From positions 362,041 through 426,040 of the forward strand of contig JAKLGJ010000001.1 of the NCBI GenBank assembly GCA_022710715.1: a stretch of DNA of 64,000 nucleotides, given 5' to 3'. Position numbers and translations under genes: made by a program. The stretch's first letter is position 1; every line of letters begins with the position of its first letter. Below, piece after piece: positions 8,911-18,856 of the stretch. The stretch is from Candidatus Omnitrophota bacterium. GTDB taxonomy: Bacteria; Omnitrophota; Gorgyraeia; Gygaellales; Profunditerraquicolaceae. The notes below the pieces were generated by a model that was not told the DNA's origin, ran no database searches, and saw nothing but the letters and a program-made list of their open reading frames with translations.

Positions 8911-9189
8911 ATGGATCAGGCAAATCAACTAAGTGAAGCAGAGATCAAAGCAAAGATCAGAGGTTTTATCAAAGACAATTTCCTCCTGGGCAATGACGCT
9001 AAACTCCAGGATACGGATTCTTTGATGGAAAAGGGTATTGTGGATTCCACCGGTATCCTGGAAGTAGTCACCTTTGTGGAAGAGAACTTCGGCTTCAAAG
9101 TCGCAGACGAAGAGCTCCTGCCGGAGAATCTGGATTCGTTGAATCAACTCACGGCATATATACAGAAAAAGACGGTTGGAGGGGCGTAA
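8911..9189 (+). CDS. acyl carrier protein
   Basis: 92 aa, acidic, with phosphopantetheine-site DS motif (GIVDSTGILEVV). RBS GAAGGAG is present. Confidence 0.8.
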   Translation: MDQANQLSEAEIKAKIRGFIKDNFLLGNDAKLQDTDSLMEKGIVDSTGILEVVTFVEENFGFKVADEELLPENLDSLNQLTAYIQKKTVGGA

Positions 9190-9192
9190 GCA

Positions 9193-10272
9193 ATGATTAT
9201 GAATAATCCTTTAATTAGCATTATAGTTCCGACCTACAACGAAGCTCAAAATATTAACGAGTTGTTGAATCGTGTCCACGCTGCTTTAAATGGGATTGAG
9301 CATGAAATCATCGTTGTCGATGATGATTCACCGGATAAAACCTGGGAGATAGCAGAGAACAGAAGTAAAGCTGATTCATGGGTGCGGGTTATCAGACGTA
9401 AAGATCGTGGTTTAAGCAAAGCGGTGGTAGCGGGCTTTAATGAAGCTAAAGGAGAATTGTTAGGGGTTATTGACGCGGATTTGCAGCATGATGAACGTAT
9501 TTTGCCGGAAATGATAAAGAAAATCGAAGTAGCGCCTATAGTAGTCGGCTCCCGGTATGTGGAAGGCGGCGGAGTAGGCGATTGGAAGCTCGATCGGAAG
9601 ATCAAAAGCTGGTTAGCCACTAAAGTGGCTGCATTGATCTTGAATGTTTCAGTTAACGACCCGATGGCCGGTTTCTTTATCGTTAAGAAAGATGTTTACC
9701 AGAGAGTAAAAGAAAAAGTTAATCCACAAGGGTTTAAAATCCTGCTGGAGATTCTTTATCACGCTAACGTTGCTGTTGCCGAAGTTCCTTATCAGTTCAG
9801 GACCCGTCTGGCAGGAGAGAGTAAACTGTCTTCCAAGGTAGTTATTGAGTATTTTAAGCAAGTAATCCGGTTAAGAAGCACTAATCCGGTACCGGAAGGG
9901 CTTATTAAATATTCTATAGTGGGCGGCTCTGGTGTACTGGTTGATATGTTAGCTTTCGGCATCAGTTCGCATTTCCTAAAGATTCCGGTCGCCTTCTCTG
10001 GGATCATATCAAGTCAAGTTGCTATCTTTACAAATTTTATTCTCAATGATGTTTGGACTTTTGAAAGCCAGCGAGAGCAACCTTTATACGTGCGGTTTGC
10101 TAAATATGAGGCTACTTGCTTTATTGGGATCATCATTAAGTTTTTTGTTATACTTCTCACCGTAAATATATTTAGATTTAATCCTTATTTAGCGAATGGG
10201 ATAGGAATCATTCTTGTGGTCTTTAGCAACTTTATTTTTAGCAAATTATGGGTATGGAAAACACAAAAATAA
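9193..10272 (+). CDS. GT2 polyprenyl-phosphate glycosyltransferase (DPM1/ArnC-like) fused to a GtrA-like membrane domain
   Basis: ISIIVPTYNEAQNI...VVDDDSPDKT GT2 signature and DAD motif. C-terminal four-TM GtrA-like segment (IKYSIVGGSGVLVDMLAFG...). Confidence 0.8.
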   Translation: MIMNNPLISIIVPTYNEAQNINELLNRVHAALNGIEHEIIVVDDDSPDKTWEIAENRSKADSWVRVIRRKDRGLSKAVVAGFNEAKGELLGVIDADLQHDERILPEMIKKIEVAPIVVGSRYVEGGGVGDWKLDRKIKSWLATKVAALILNVSVNDPMAGFFIVKKDVYQRVKEKVNPQGFKILLEILYHANVAVAEVPYQFRTRLAGESKLSSKVVIEYFKQVIRLRSTNPVPEGLIKYSIVGGSGVLVDMLAFGISSHFLKIPVAFSGIISSQVAIFTNFILNDVWTFESQREQPLYVRFAKYEATCFIGIIIKFFVILLTVNIFRFNPYLANGIGIILVVFSNFIFSKLWVWKTQK

Positions 10273-11795
10273 ATACTACACAACTAAAAAAACACCATTC
10301 CGCCTGGCTCCTGGCGGCGATTCTTTTGCTTGCTCTTGGCATTAGGCTTGGAACTATGAATAATCATGGTGTTTGGATTGATGAAACCTGGGTAGTCACT
10401 ACTCCCAACTTTCATCTTGATTCAAAAGATATATTCCCTAAGTTTTTTGAGTATCCGCAAGTAAAAGAGCTTGCCGAATCAAAACAAGCATTGTTGAAGA
10501 AAGTATATAATATTCATCCGGTGGTACAAATATGTTTTATGCTTATCTCCGATATGCATCCGCCGTTTTACTATATAGTTTCGTACTTTTGGACTCGTCA
10601 TTTTGGCGAATCGTTATTTGCAATACGTGCATTGCCTTTATTATTCGGTTTGCTTACCATTGTATGTACTTACCTTATAGCTAAATCGCTCTTTGGGAAG
10701 AAAGTTGCTTTAATCGCAGCTTTATTTCTGGCTGTCTCACCTATGCACGTGCATTTCTCCCAAATGGCCAGAAATTTTTCCCTGATGACGTTCTTAGTAA
10801 CATTCAGTTATCTTGTTTTGCTGACTAAGCTTTTCAAAAGATTCGAACTCAAGTATGCCATTCTTTATGGCATTAGTGGATTTCTCGCTTTGCTTACCCA
10901 CTATTACTCGGTATTTTTTATCTTTACGCAGATAATCATGATAATTTTATGGGAGATCAAGGGCAAGAAGCGCTTCTTAAGATGGTTCGTAATTTTTCTT
11001 CTGATTGCGCTATTTTATACTCCTTGGCTGCCGGCCGTATATATCCAGATGTTTTTACGTAATCCTACGACTCAAAGTCAGCTGACTTCCACCAACTTGA
11101 ACACTGTTTTATCACAAATGTATGCCGTAGGTTTTATACCCTCGGTTACAACTAAATTCTTTTCTGGCGCTGTGGTAAATTTTCTAAAGATAATAAATTT
11201 GGTTGTAATCGTTTTTTTAGTTTTCTGTGGGGGTAATAAACTTAAAGCTCATGATCGTATGGCTTTTCGCTGGATATTGGTATGGTGCGGTATGCCGATT
11301 TTTTTACTTTCATGTCTTTCGTTGTTGAAACCTCTCTATTCAATCAAAAGTTTATTGCCGATTTTACCTGCTTTTTTTATTCTCTATGCGTTCGTACTCG
11401 CAAGGCTAAAAAACAAAGTTTTACTTAGTTTTATCTTGGTTTGTTTGTCCAGTATTATGTTGATTTCCCAGCTTGTCTGGCCCACTTATCCCGGGATTGA
11501 ATCGACAGAAGATACGAGAGGGGCAGTTGCACAGTTAAAAAGTTCAATAAGCTCTGAAGATATCGTAGCGGTTCAGCCGGGATTTTACAGGGACGGTTTA
11601 TGGTATTATTTACCAAGAGATTGTATGCTTTTAGACGAAGATCAAACTATTTTAATCCCGAGAGATAAAAATATTTGGTTATTCCGTTTTTGGGATAGGA
11701 ATAAATCAATACCTGAGATTGAACATGCTAATCCTGATTCAACTTATAAGTTTTTCGGAGTTTCTGCCTATTTATGGAAAAAGAGTTCCTTATGA
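10248..11795 (+). CDS. GT-C fold glycosyltransferase (ArnT/PMT-like, GT39/GT83)
   Basis: Multi-TM protein with a PMT_2/ArnT-like N-terminal region (IDETW, HPPFYYIVSYFW). Overlaps the preceding GT2 gene. Confidence 0.7.
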   Translation: MGMENTKINTTQLKKHHSAWLLAAILLLALGIRLGTMNNHGVWIDETWVVTTPNFHLDSKDIFPKFFEYPQVKELAESKQALLKKVYNIHPVVQICFMLISDMHPPFYYIVSYFWTRHFGESLFAIRALPLLFGLLTIVCTYLIAKSLFGKKVALIAALFLAVSPMHVHFSQMARNFSLMTFLVTFSYLVLLTKLFKRFELKYAILYGISGFLALLTHYYSVFFIFTQIIMIILWEIKGKKRFLRWFVIFLLIALFYTPWLPAVYIQMFLRNPTTQSQLTSTNLNTVLSQMYAVGFIPSVTTKFFSGAVVNFLKIINLVVIVFLVFCGGNKLKAHDRMAFRWILVWCGMPIFLLSCLSLLKPLYSIKSLLPILPAFFILYAFVLARLKNKVLLSFILVCLSSIMLISQLVWPTYPGIESTEDTRGAVAQLKSSISSEDIVAVQPGFYRDGLWYYLPRDCMLLDEDQTILIPRDKNIWLFRFWDRNKSIPEIEHANPDSTYKFFGVSAYLWKKSSL

Positions 11796-13246
11796 CACTG
11801 AAAGATATACTCTCAAATAGCGCAAGGAAATATTCTGACAACCAGGCAGTGATTTATCAGAAAGAACGTCTTTCCTATGCCGAATTGGAATCGCTTTCCG
11901 ACTTTATGGCTTGCCAGTTACTGGATAGAGGAGTTAGAAAAGCGGATAGAGTAGGGTTACTCCTGGAGAATTCGCCTTTATACGTGATCGCATTTTTCTC
12001 TGTGCTTAAAGCCGGGGCAGTAGTAGTTCCGATCAACACTCAACTGGTAACCCGGGAATTGGAAAGTATCATTTCGGATTGCCAACCGTCGATGATCATT
12101 ACGGATGACAGCCATAAACAATCCCTGGATACTTTCAAGGATATATCGATTTTCTCGGTAAGTTCCATCCGCTATACGCCTGTCGCCAGCCTGCAGTCTA
12201 TTCCGGCTAAGGAATCCGATCCGGCAATGATCATTTATACTTCCGGGACTACCGGTAAGCCCAAAGGCGTGATGCTTTCCCATCGTAACTTGGTAGCCAA
12301 TGCCGAGTCTATTGTTGATTACTTAAAACTATCTTCATCCGATTCGATGATGGTTATTTTGCCTTTTTATTATTCCTACGGTAATTCATTGCTTACCACC
12401 CATATCATGGTCGGTGCGACGTTAGTCATAGATAACCGTTTTGTTTTCCCTAACGTTGTTCTGGAAACCATGGAAAAAGAGAAAGTAACCGGGTTTGCTG
12501 GCGTCCCGTCTCATTACGCCATACTTTTGCGCAAATCAGCTTTACGCAATTATAAACTAACCAGCTTGCGTTATGTGACTCAAGCCGGGGGTGGAATGCC
12601 GGCTTCGATGATCAAGGAATTTACCGAAGTTGTGCCGCATGCGCAGTTTTTTGTGATGTATGGACAGACTGAAGCCACTGCCCGGTTGACCTATCTTGCG
12701 CCGGAGCATCTACGATCAAAATTAGGATCTATCGGTAAAGCTATTCCGGGAGTTGAGCTGGATGTGTTGAATGAGCAGGGCCAGCCGGTTCAGAATGGTG
12801 AAGTAGGCGAGATTGTGGCTCGCGGTAATAATATCATGCTAGGGTATTGGAATGCTGCTGAAGAAACCGGGAAAGTTAAGAGAAAAGAAGGCCTCTGGAC
12901 CGGGGATATGGCCAAAGTCGATAGCGATGGTTTTATCTATCTTATCAGCCGCAAGAAAGAGATGATCAAAAGCGGCGCCAATCGCATCAGCCCGTTGGAG
13001 ATCGAGGATGTAGTAAGCCGTTTGCCTGGCGTAGTAGAATGCGCGGCTGTAGGCGTTCCGGATGAGATTTTGGGTGAATCGATCAAGCTTTGCGTGGTTA
13101 AAAATGGAGTTCCCTTAACCAATAACGATATTCTCCTGCATTGCAAACAGCATTTAGCTCCCTTTAAGATGCCTAAAGAAGTGGCATTTGTGGCGTCTTT
13201 ACCCAAGACCAGTACAGGTAAGATCAAACGAAGCGAGTTAAAATGA
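11792..13246 (+). CDS. AMP-dependent acyl-CoA/acyl-ACP ligase (exosortase-locus ligase-like)
   Basis: AMP-binding motif IIYTSGTTGKPKGVMLSHRN, YGQTE and a C-terminal lysine motif. ATGA overlap with the upstream stop favours start 11792 over 11774. Confidence 0.85.
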   Translation: MTLKDILSNSARKYSDNQAVIYQKERLSYAELESLSDFMACQLLDRGVRKADRVGLLLENSPLYVIAFFSVLKAGAVVVPINTQLVTRELESIISDCQPSMIITDDSHKQSLDTFKDISIFSVSSIRYTPVASLQSIPAKESDPAMIIYTSGTTGKPKGVMLSHRNLVANAESIVDYLKLSSSDSMMVILPFYYSYGNSLLTTHIMVGATLVIDNRFVFPNVVLETMEKEKVTGFAGVPSHYAILLRKSALRNYKLTSLRYVTQAGGGMPASMIKEFTEVVPHAQFFVMYGQTEATARLTYLAPEHLRSKLGSIGKAIPGVELDVLNEQGQPVQNGEVGEIVARGNNIMLGYWNAAEETGKVKRKEGLWTGDMAKVDSDGFIYLISRKKEMIKSGANRISPLEIEDVVSRLPGVVECAAVGVPDEILGESIKLCVVKNGVPLTNNDILLHCKQHLAPFKMPKEVAFVASLPKTSTGKIKRSELK

Positions 13247-14208
13247 GCTTCCACAAAGAGATATTGAGGATAGACTGCACGAAGGAAGCTGAAAGAATAT
13301 GTGAATTTATTCGTCAGCAGACTTTGCGCTTGAAGCGCGACGGCGCGGTGATCGGTTTAAGCGGCGGTATCGATTCTGCTTTGAGCGCGGCCTTGTGCGT
13401 TAAAGCCTTGGGCAAAGACAAAGTATTCGGCTTGATGCTTCCGGACAAAGAATCCAGCCCGCAAAGTGAAGAATTCGCGGTTAAACATGCCAAACAGCTG
13501 GGTATCAGAGCTGAAACGGTGAGTATTACGCCGGTTCTGGAAGCTTTCGGTACTTATGAGAAGCGCGATGCGGTCGCCAAGTCAATCTTTTCGGAATTTG
13601 ACAACACCTATAAACTCAAGATCACCTTACCGGCAGATCTGCTGAACAAAGACTCTTATAACTTTTTTACTTTAACTATTGTGGATGACAAAGGTAATAC
13701 CAAATCTTCCCGGTTAAACAACGCCCAAGCTAAAGGCATTATCGCTGCCACTTGCACCAAGCATCGCACCCGGATGATGACCCAGTATTACTACGCCGAG
13801 AAAATGAACTATTTTGTCTGCGGCACCACTAATAAAAGCGAAGCTTTGCAGGGTTTGTTTGTGAAATACGGCGATGGTGGGGTGGATATAGAGCCTATCG
13901 CGCATTTGTTCAAAGCACAGATATTCCAATTGAGCGAGTATATGGGCGTGATCAGCGAGATCCTGCAGCGCAAACCCTGCCCGGACACCTACAGCGCCCC
14001 GGTTACCGATGAAGAGTGGTATTTTCGCATGCCTTATGGCATACTTGACCTATTGCTTTATGCCTGGGGAAAAAAAGTTGATATCTCTGAAGTCTGCAAA
14101 GTTATGAATTTAACCCAAGATCAGGTGGACCGTGTATTTAAGGATTTTAGTAATAAATTCAATGCTACAAAACATCTAAACGAAATTCCCCCGACAGTAG
14201 GAGCTTAA
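13243..14208 (+). CDS. PP-loop ATP pyrophosphatase, NAD synthetase (NadE)-like
   Basis: SGGIDS PP-loop plus a NadE-like block CGTTNKSEALQGLFVKYGDGGVDIEPIAHLFKAQIFQLSEYMGV. Confidence 0.65.
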   Translation: MSFHKEILRIDCTKEAERICEFIRQQTLRLKRDGAVIGLSGGIDSALSAALCVKALGKDKVFGLMLPDKESSPQSEEFAVKHAKQLGIRAETVSITPVLEAFGTYEKRDAVAKSIFSEFDNTYKLKITLPADLLNKDSYNFFTLTIVDDKGNTKSSRLNNAQAKGIIAATCTKHRTRMMTQYYYAEKMNYFVCGTTNKSEALQGLFVKYGDGGVDIEPIAHLFKAQIFQLSEYMGVISEILQRKPCPDTYSAPVTDEEWYFRMPYGILDLLLYAWGKKVDISEVCKVMNLTQDQVDRVFKDFSNKFNATKHLNEIPPTVGA

Positions 14209-14210
14209 CT

Positions 14211-15206
14211 ATGAAAATCTGCACTAAATGTATTCTTCCCGAAACATTCCCGGGTATCCACTTTGATAAGGAAGGCGTTTGCAATTTCTGCAGAGATTTC
14301 AAAGGCGAAGAAGCTTTGGAGACCGAAAAAAAAGAATATCACGAGAAATTTCTTAAATTGATCGAAGAAATCAAGGGGAAGAGTGCTTACGACTGTACTT
14401 TAGCATATTCCGGCGGAAAAGATAGCACATATACACTCTATTTGTTGAAAGAAGTTTTTAATTTAAGACCGCTCACCATTACTTTTGATAACGGTTTTAT
14501 ATCCGATCAAGCATTTAAGAATATTCGAACCGTAACCGAGACTTTAGGTGTAGATAACATTGTTTTCAAGGCTGATTTCCAATTATTAAAGAAAATATTC
14601 ATTGCAGGGATAGAGAATACTATGTATTCGGCCAAAGCTCTTGAGAGAGCTAGCACTATTTGCACATCCTGTATTGGTTTTGTTAAGTTTACTGTATTAA
14701 AAATTGCTCTGGAAAAGCATATCCCGCTTATGGCCTGGGGGTGGTCGCCGGGGCAAGCACCTATCAGATCTTCAATAATGAAAGTTAATGCGGCTTTGTT
14801 TAAAACAACTCAAGAAATGTATCGTAAACCAATGTTTGAAGTTGCTGGTGAACAAGTTAATAGATATTTTTTGACTGATGAACAGTTTATGTCCATCAAT
14901 TTTCCTTATAATGTTAGCCCGTTAGCTTTCATGGATTATGATGAGGAAAAAATCAAAGAGAAAATTAAAGATTTTGGATGGGAGATCCCAGGTGGCTTAG
15001 ATGCAAATTCAACTAATTGTTTGCTAAATACCTTTGCTAATCATGTCCATATCAAGAAACACAATTTCCATCCCTATGCCTTTGAGATTGCTGGGATGGT
15101 GCGGTCCGGAATAATTGAAAGGCAAGAAGGATTGAATAAGTTTGGAGAAGAAGCAAGTAGTATTAAAAATCTGGAATACATCAAAAAGAAACTAAGGATT
15201 TTTTGA
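14211..15206 (+). CDS. N-acetyl sugar amidotransferase (WbuX/PseA-like PP-loop enzyme)
   Basis: N-terminal zinc ribbon CTKC...CNFC followed by the SGGKDS PP-loop. Confidence 0.75.
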   Translation: MKICTKCILPETFPGIHFDKEGVCNFCRDFKGEEALETEKKEYHEKFLKLIEEIKGKSAYDCTLAYSGGKDSTYTLYLLKEVFNLRPLTITFDNGFISDQAFKNIRTVTETLGVDNIVFKADFQLLKKIFIAGIENTMYSAKALERASTICTSCIGFVKFTVLKIALEKHIPLMAWGWSPGQAPIRSSIMKVNAALFKTTQEMYRKPMFEVAGEQVNRYFLTDEQFMSINFPYNVSPLAFMDYDEEKIKEKIKDFGWEIPGGLDANSTNCLLNTFANHVHIKKHNFHPYAFEIAGMVRSGIIERQEGLNKFGEEASSIKNLEYIKKKLRIF

Positions 15207-15252
15207 TTGGACTTTGTGAAGTGAAAAATAAAAACTTAAAAAGAGGTAAGGA

Positions 15253-16065
15253 GTGAGAAATTCTATTAAGATGGTGAGTTTATTATTGATTGTTTTTTCT
15301 TCTTATGGGGGAGCCATGAAAGAGGATGACGCAACATGTGCAGGGATGGAGCAGATATTGACTGAGGTGTCGAAGAAGAAAATTTTCTTTGGTCATCAGT
15401 CGGTTGGCAATAATATTATAGGTGGGATAAGTCGAATCCTAGAAAGTTGTTCTGATAATCGGTTGGTGATTAAAGAGACGTCTGATGCTAACGATCTTAA
15501 TCTTCCAATTTTCGCTCATGCAAGACTTGGCCGTAATCTTGACCCCAAGCTTAAATGTGATGAATTTAAAAGAGTTTTGGATAGCGGGATTGGCAATCAA
15601 GTCGATGTGGCGATGTTAAAATTTTGTTATGCGGATATTGATGAAAATACAAACATTAAAGAGGTGTTCAAATACTACCGTGCAACCTTTTTATATTTGG
15701 AAAAAAAGTATCCCAGAGTTAGATTTATCCATTTAACTGTGCCGGTAACAGTTAGTCAGAATCCATTAGGATTAAAAGCCAGGATTAAAAGATTATTCAG
15801 AAAAGAACTTTATGGGGAGAAAGGAAACGTAAATAGAAATAAATTCAATGCTTTATTAACCAGTTTTTATAATAAAAATAACTTAATTTTCGATCTTGCG
15901 AAAATTGAGGCTACTAAGCCAGACGGGAGTTTGAACATCTTTAAGGCTGGTGACGGCTATAAATATTATGTACTTGTTGAAAGCTATTCCGATGATGGTG
16001 AACATCTGAATTATGTGGGTGGAAAAATTGTTGCTAAAGAATTATTGAAATTCATTACGGAGTAG
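15253..16065 (+). CDS. hypothetical secreted protein
   Basis: GTG start with an AAGAGG RBS, or ATG at 15271. Signal peptide MVSLLLIVFSSYGGA. No motif I recognise. Confidence 0.5.
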   Translation: MRNSIKMVSLLLIVFSSYGGAMKEDDATCAGMEQILTEVSKKKIFFGHQSVGNNIIGGISRILESCSDNRLVIKETSDANDLNLPIFAHARLGRNLDPKLKCDEFKRVLDSGIGNQVDVAMLKFCYADIDENTNIKEVFKYYRATFLYLEKKYPRVRFIHLTVPVTVSQNPLGLKARIKRLFRKELYGEKGNVNRNKFNALLTSFYNKNNLIFDLAKIEATKPDGSLNIFKAGDGYKYYVLVESYSDDGEHLNYVGGKIVAKELLKFITE

Positions 16066-16068
16066 AGA

Positions 16069-16887
16069 ATGGAAGAATTTAAATTTATTAATAATAGAGT
16101 GGGGAAGAAGCTGTATGGAGTTCTACATTTTCCTGCTAACCGAGAATCAAAAGAAGTTTTTGTTTTTTCTTCCCCGACTTTTGGCGAAAAAACTAAGTCT
16201 TATCGTGTCTTGGGCAACTTTGCCAGGCTTTTGGCTTTAAATGGTTATTGGGTATTTAGATTTGACTTTATGGGTGAGGGGGATAGTGAAGGAGACTTTA
16301 AAGAGGCTTCTATTAGAACCAGGATAGAAGATCTTTATTCGGTCATTGATTACCTTCAGAGTGAAATTAAACAACAAGATATTGTATACAATATCTTTGG
16401 TGCAAGGCTAGGAGCAACAATTGCTTCAGCATTCGCGCGCGAAAAATTAGTGAAAATCGGAAAATTAGTTATGTGGGATCCGGTTATTGATCCTGCTCAA
16501 TATTTATTGGAATTCTTGCGGGGAAATTTATCCAATCAATTGTTGATACATAGAAAAATTCTGCTGAATCGGGAAGATCTTGTTAATCAAATTAAATCAG
16601 GATTAGAGGTTAATGTTGATGGTTGGATTGTTGGAAAGGAGCTTTGGGAGCAGGCAGCGACAATGAATTTGTTTGTGGATTTAGAGAGAATCACTATCCC
16701 TTGTTTCATAAGCTTATCCTTGGGATTAGATAAAAAACTATTCGGCGCAGAAAAAAACGTTCATAGATCAAATTTTACTTTGTTTAATGCACCGCAAGAA
16801 TTTACATGGAGTGATTGGAAAAACTATAATCCTTCTCCTGAGATTATATTTGATAAAACACTTAATTGGATAAACGAGAATAAATGA
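16069..16887 (+). CDS. alpha/beta-hydrolase-fold protein (exosortase-associated hydrolase-like) with an atypical nucleophile elbow GARLG
   Basis: Size, secondary-structure pattern and position suggest an alpha/beta hydrolase. The nucleophile position holds Arg instead of Ser or Cys. Confidence 0.55.
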   Translation: MEEFKFINNRVGKKLYGVLHFPANRESKEVFVFSSPTFGEKTKSYRVLGNFARLLALNGYWVFRFDFMGEGDSEGDFKEASIRTRIEDLYSVIDYLQSEIKQQDIVYNIFGARLGATIASAFAREKLVKIGKLVMWDPVIDPAQYLLEFLRGNLSNQLLIHRKILLNREDLVNQIKSGLEVNVDGWIVGKELWEQAATMNLFVDLERITIPCFISLSLGLDKKLFGAEKNVHRSNFTLFNAPQEFTWSDWKNYNPSPEIIFDKTLNWINENK

Positions 16888-17834
16888 TGGAAGAGATCGT
16901 AACCTTCAATAATAAAGATAATTTGCGACTTGTAGGCATTGAAACAATTCCTGTTGCTCCTAATCCTGTTAGGAAAGGAGTTATCCTTCTGAATACAGGA
17001 GTAAATTATAGGATTGCTTGGCATCGTCTCAATGTTAAATTAGCCAAATTTTTGTCAGAAGAAGGTTTTTTTGTATTAAGATTCGATACCCATGGCATTG
17101 GAGATAGCGAAGGTGAGTTAAAAAGGGGCAATATTGTAGATATTTTTGAAGCTATTCAAAAGGGTTTGTTTGTTGATGATACAATCAAGGCGATCAAGTA
17201 TTTCAAGGAAAAAGAGAAATTAAATAAAATATATTTATTAGGTTTGTGTGGAGGCGCTCTGACAGCAATGTATGCAGCTTCAAAGGTTAGAGAAGTCGAA
17301 GGCATTATTCATATTGCTGGCCCGATAACGCTTTCTTCTGAACACCATCTTGAGAATAAGCACCCTTGGGAAGCAAGGAATACTTTGCTCCAGTATGGCC
17401 ATAAAATCATTAGTTTTAATGCATGGTTACGGTTTTTCTCCGGGGCAAGTGAGTATAAAACGATACACACTTCGTTAAAGACTTTATTTGGTTCATTCCT
17501 TCGAACGAAGCGTCTTAAGAAGTTTAGTAAATTCAAGAAAGATGTAGAGAACGAGCAAGATAATAAATCTTGGGATAATTTGAATATCGATTTTATAGAA
17601 AGCTTTAAAAATTATTGTGCTTCTGGCAGGAAAATATTATTCATCTTTGCTGATAAAGATGCTGCGACTTGGGAATTTCGCACCATGTTTTTGAATACTT
17701 TATTGAAGAAAGAAAAGTATAAAAAGAACTATAAATATTCTGAAATCAATGATACCAATCACATTTTTTCCTCCACAACTTCACAGGAAACGCTGAAAGT
17801 ATTGATTAAAACTTGGTTTATTGATAATGCGTAA
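16884..17834 (+). CDS. alpha/beta-hydrolase-fold protein with a Cys nucleophile elbow (GLCGG), dienelactone-hydrolase-like
   Basis: LGLCGGALTAMYAAS nucleophile elbow. Paired with the preceding hydrolase-like gene. Confidence 0.6.
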   Translation: MMEEIVTFNNKDNLRLVGIETIPVAPNPVRKGVILLNTGVNYRIAWHRLNVKLAKFLSEEGFFVLRFDTHGIGDSEGELKRGNIVDIFEAIQKGLFVDDTIKAIKYFKEKEKLNKIYLLGLCGGALTAMYAASKVREVEGIIHIAGPITLSSEHHLENKHPWEARNTLLQYGHKIISFNAWLRFFSGASEYKTIHTSLKTLFGSFLRTKRLKKFSKFKKDVENEQDNKSWDNLNIDFIESFKNYCASGRKILFIFADKDAATWEFRTMFLNTLLKKEKYKKNYKYSEINDTNHIFSSTTSQETLKVLIKTWFIDNA

Positions 17835-17844
17835 GGAGACAACT

Positions 17845-18840
17845 ATGGAGACCATGCTCCATAAAAGTCCTTTAGTTAGTGTTATAATTCCCACTTATAA
17901 TCGAGCAATGTTTATTGTAGAAGCCGTTAAGAGTGTTTTGAATCAAACATTCAAGGATTACGAGTTAATTATTGTTGATGATGGATCGAAAGATAAAACG
18001 AAAGAGATTCTTGAACCATATAAAGCACAAATCCGCTATGTATATCAAAATAACAAGGGGCATGCATCGGCGCGAAATACTGGGATTAGAATGGCTGTCG
18101 GGAAATATATAGCGTTTAATGATTCTGATGATATTTTGCTGCCGAACACTTTAGAGATTTTGGTTGATTTTATGCAGCGGGTGAACGATGTGGGATTAAC
18201 TTTCGTTGATATGGAAGTTTTTGAAGGTGATAAGATAGTCAATCCATCTTTTTTATCAAACAAAACTCATCTTAGACGTATTCCATTCCTTCCTTATCCT
18301 AATAAAGCGAGATTACTAAATCAGAATAGTTTTAATGAGCAGATAAAAGAATACTTTATTCCTTCTCCTGGAACAATGATAAGAAAAGAGGTATTTGAAC
18401 AAGTAGGGCTTTTTGACGAGTCTCTGTTTAATCAGGCTGATCGAGATATGTGGTTCAGGATTAGTCGCAACTATAAAATTGCTTATATTAATGATATTTT
18501 AGTGAGATGCCGACAACACGGGGGTAATTTTAGAGTTAATACGGAATTTATTATCAAATCGCATATACAGCTTTTTTTGAAAGTTATTGGAACCTATGTC
18601 GGGATTTCAAATAAAACCAGGAATATTATTCTCAAGAAGCTTTCTTTAGAATATTACGAATTAGGTTACTACTACTATTCCCGACAACAAATGAAACTGG
18701 CTAGAAGTGCTTTTCTAACCAGTTTGCACTATGATGCAAACAATTTGAAATCGGGATTATACTATACACTCACTTATCTTCACCCCGGAATTCTAGAAAA
18801 AATTAAGAGATTCAGAAAATTGTACGTTACTCCACATTAA
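17845..18840 (+). CDS. GT2 family glycosyltransferase
   Basis: VSVIIPTYNRAMFI...IIVDDGSKDKT and DSDD motif. RBS AAGGAGA lies 5 nt before the ATG at 17845. Confidence 0.85.
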   Translation: METMLHKSPLVSVIIPTYNRAMFIVEAVKSVLNQTFKDYELIIVDDGSKDKTKEILEPYKAQIRYVYQNNKGHASARNTGIRMAVGKYIAFNDSDDILLPNTLEILVDFMQRVNDVGLTFVDMEVFEGDKIVNPSFLSNKTHLRRIPFLPYPNKARLLNQNSFNEQIKEYFIPSPGTMIRKEVFEQVGLFDESLFNQADRDMWFRISRNYKIAYINDILVRCRQHGGNFRVNTEFIIKSHIQLFLKVIGTYVGISNKTRNIILKKLSLEYYELGYYYYSRQQMKLARSAFLTSLHYDANNLKSGLYYTLTYLHPGILEKIKRFRKLYVTPH

Positions 18841-18856
18841 GCATTTCGAAAAACCA

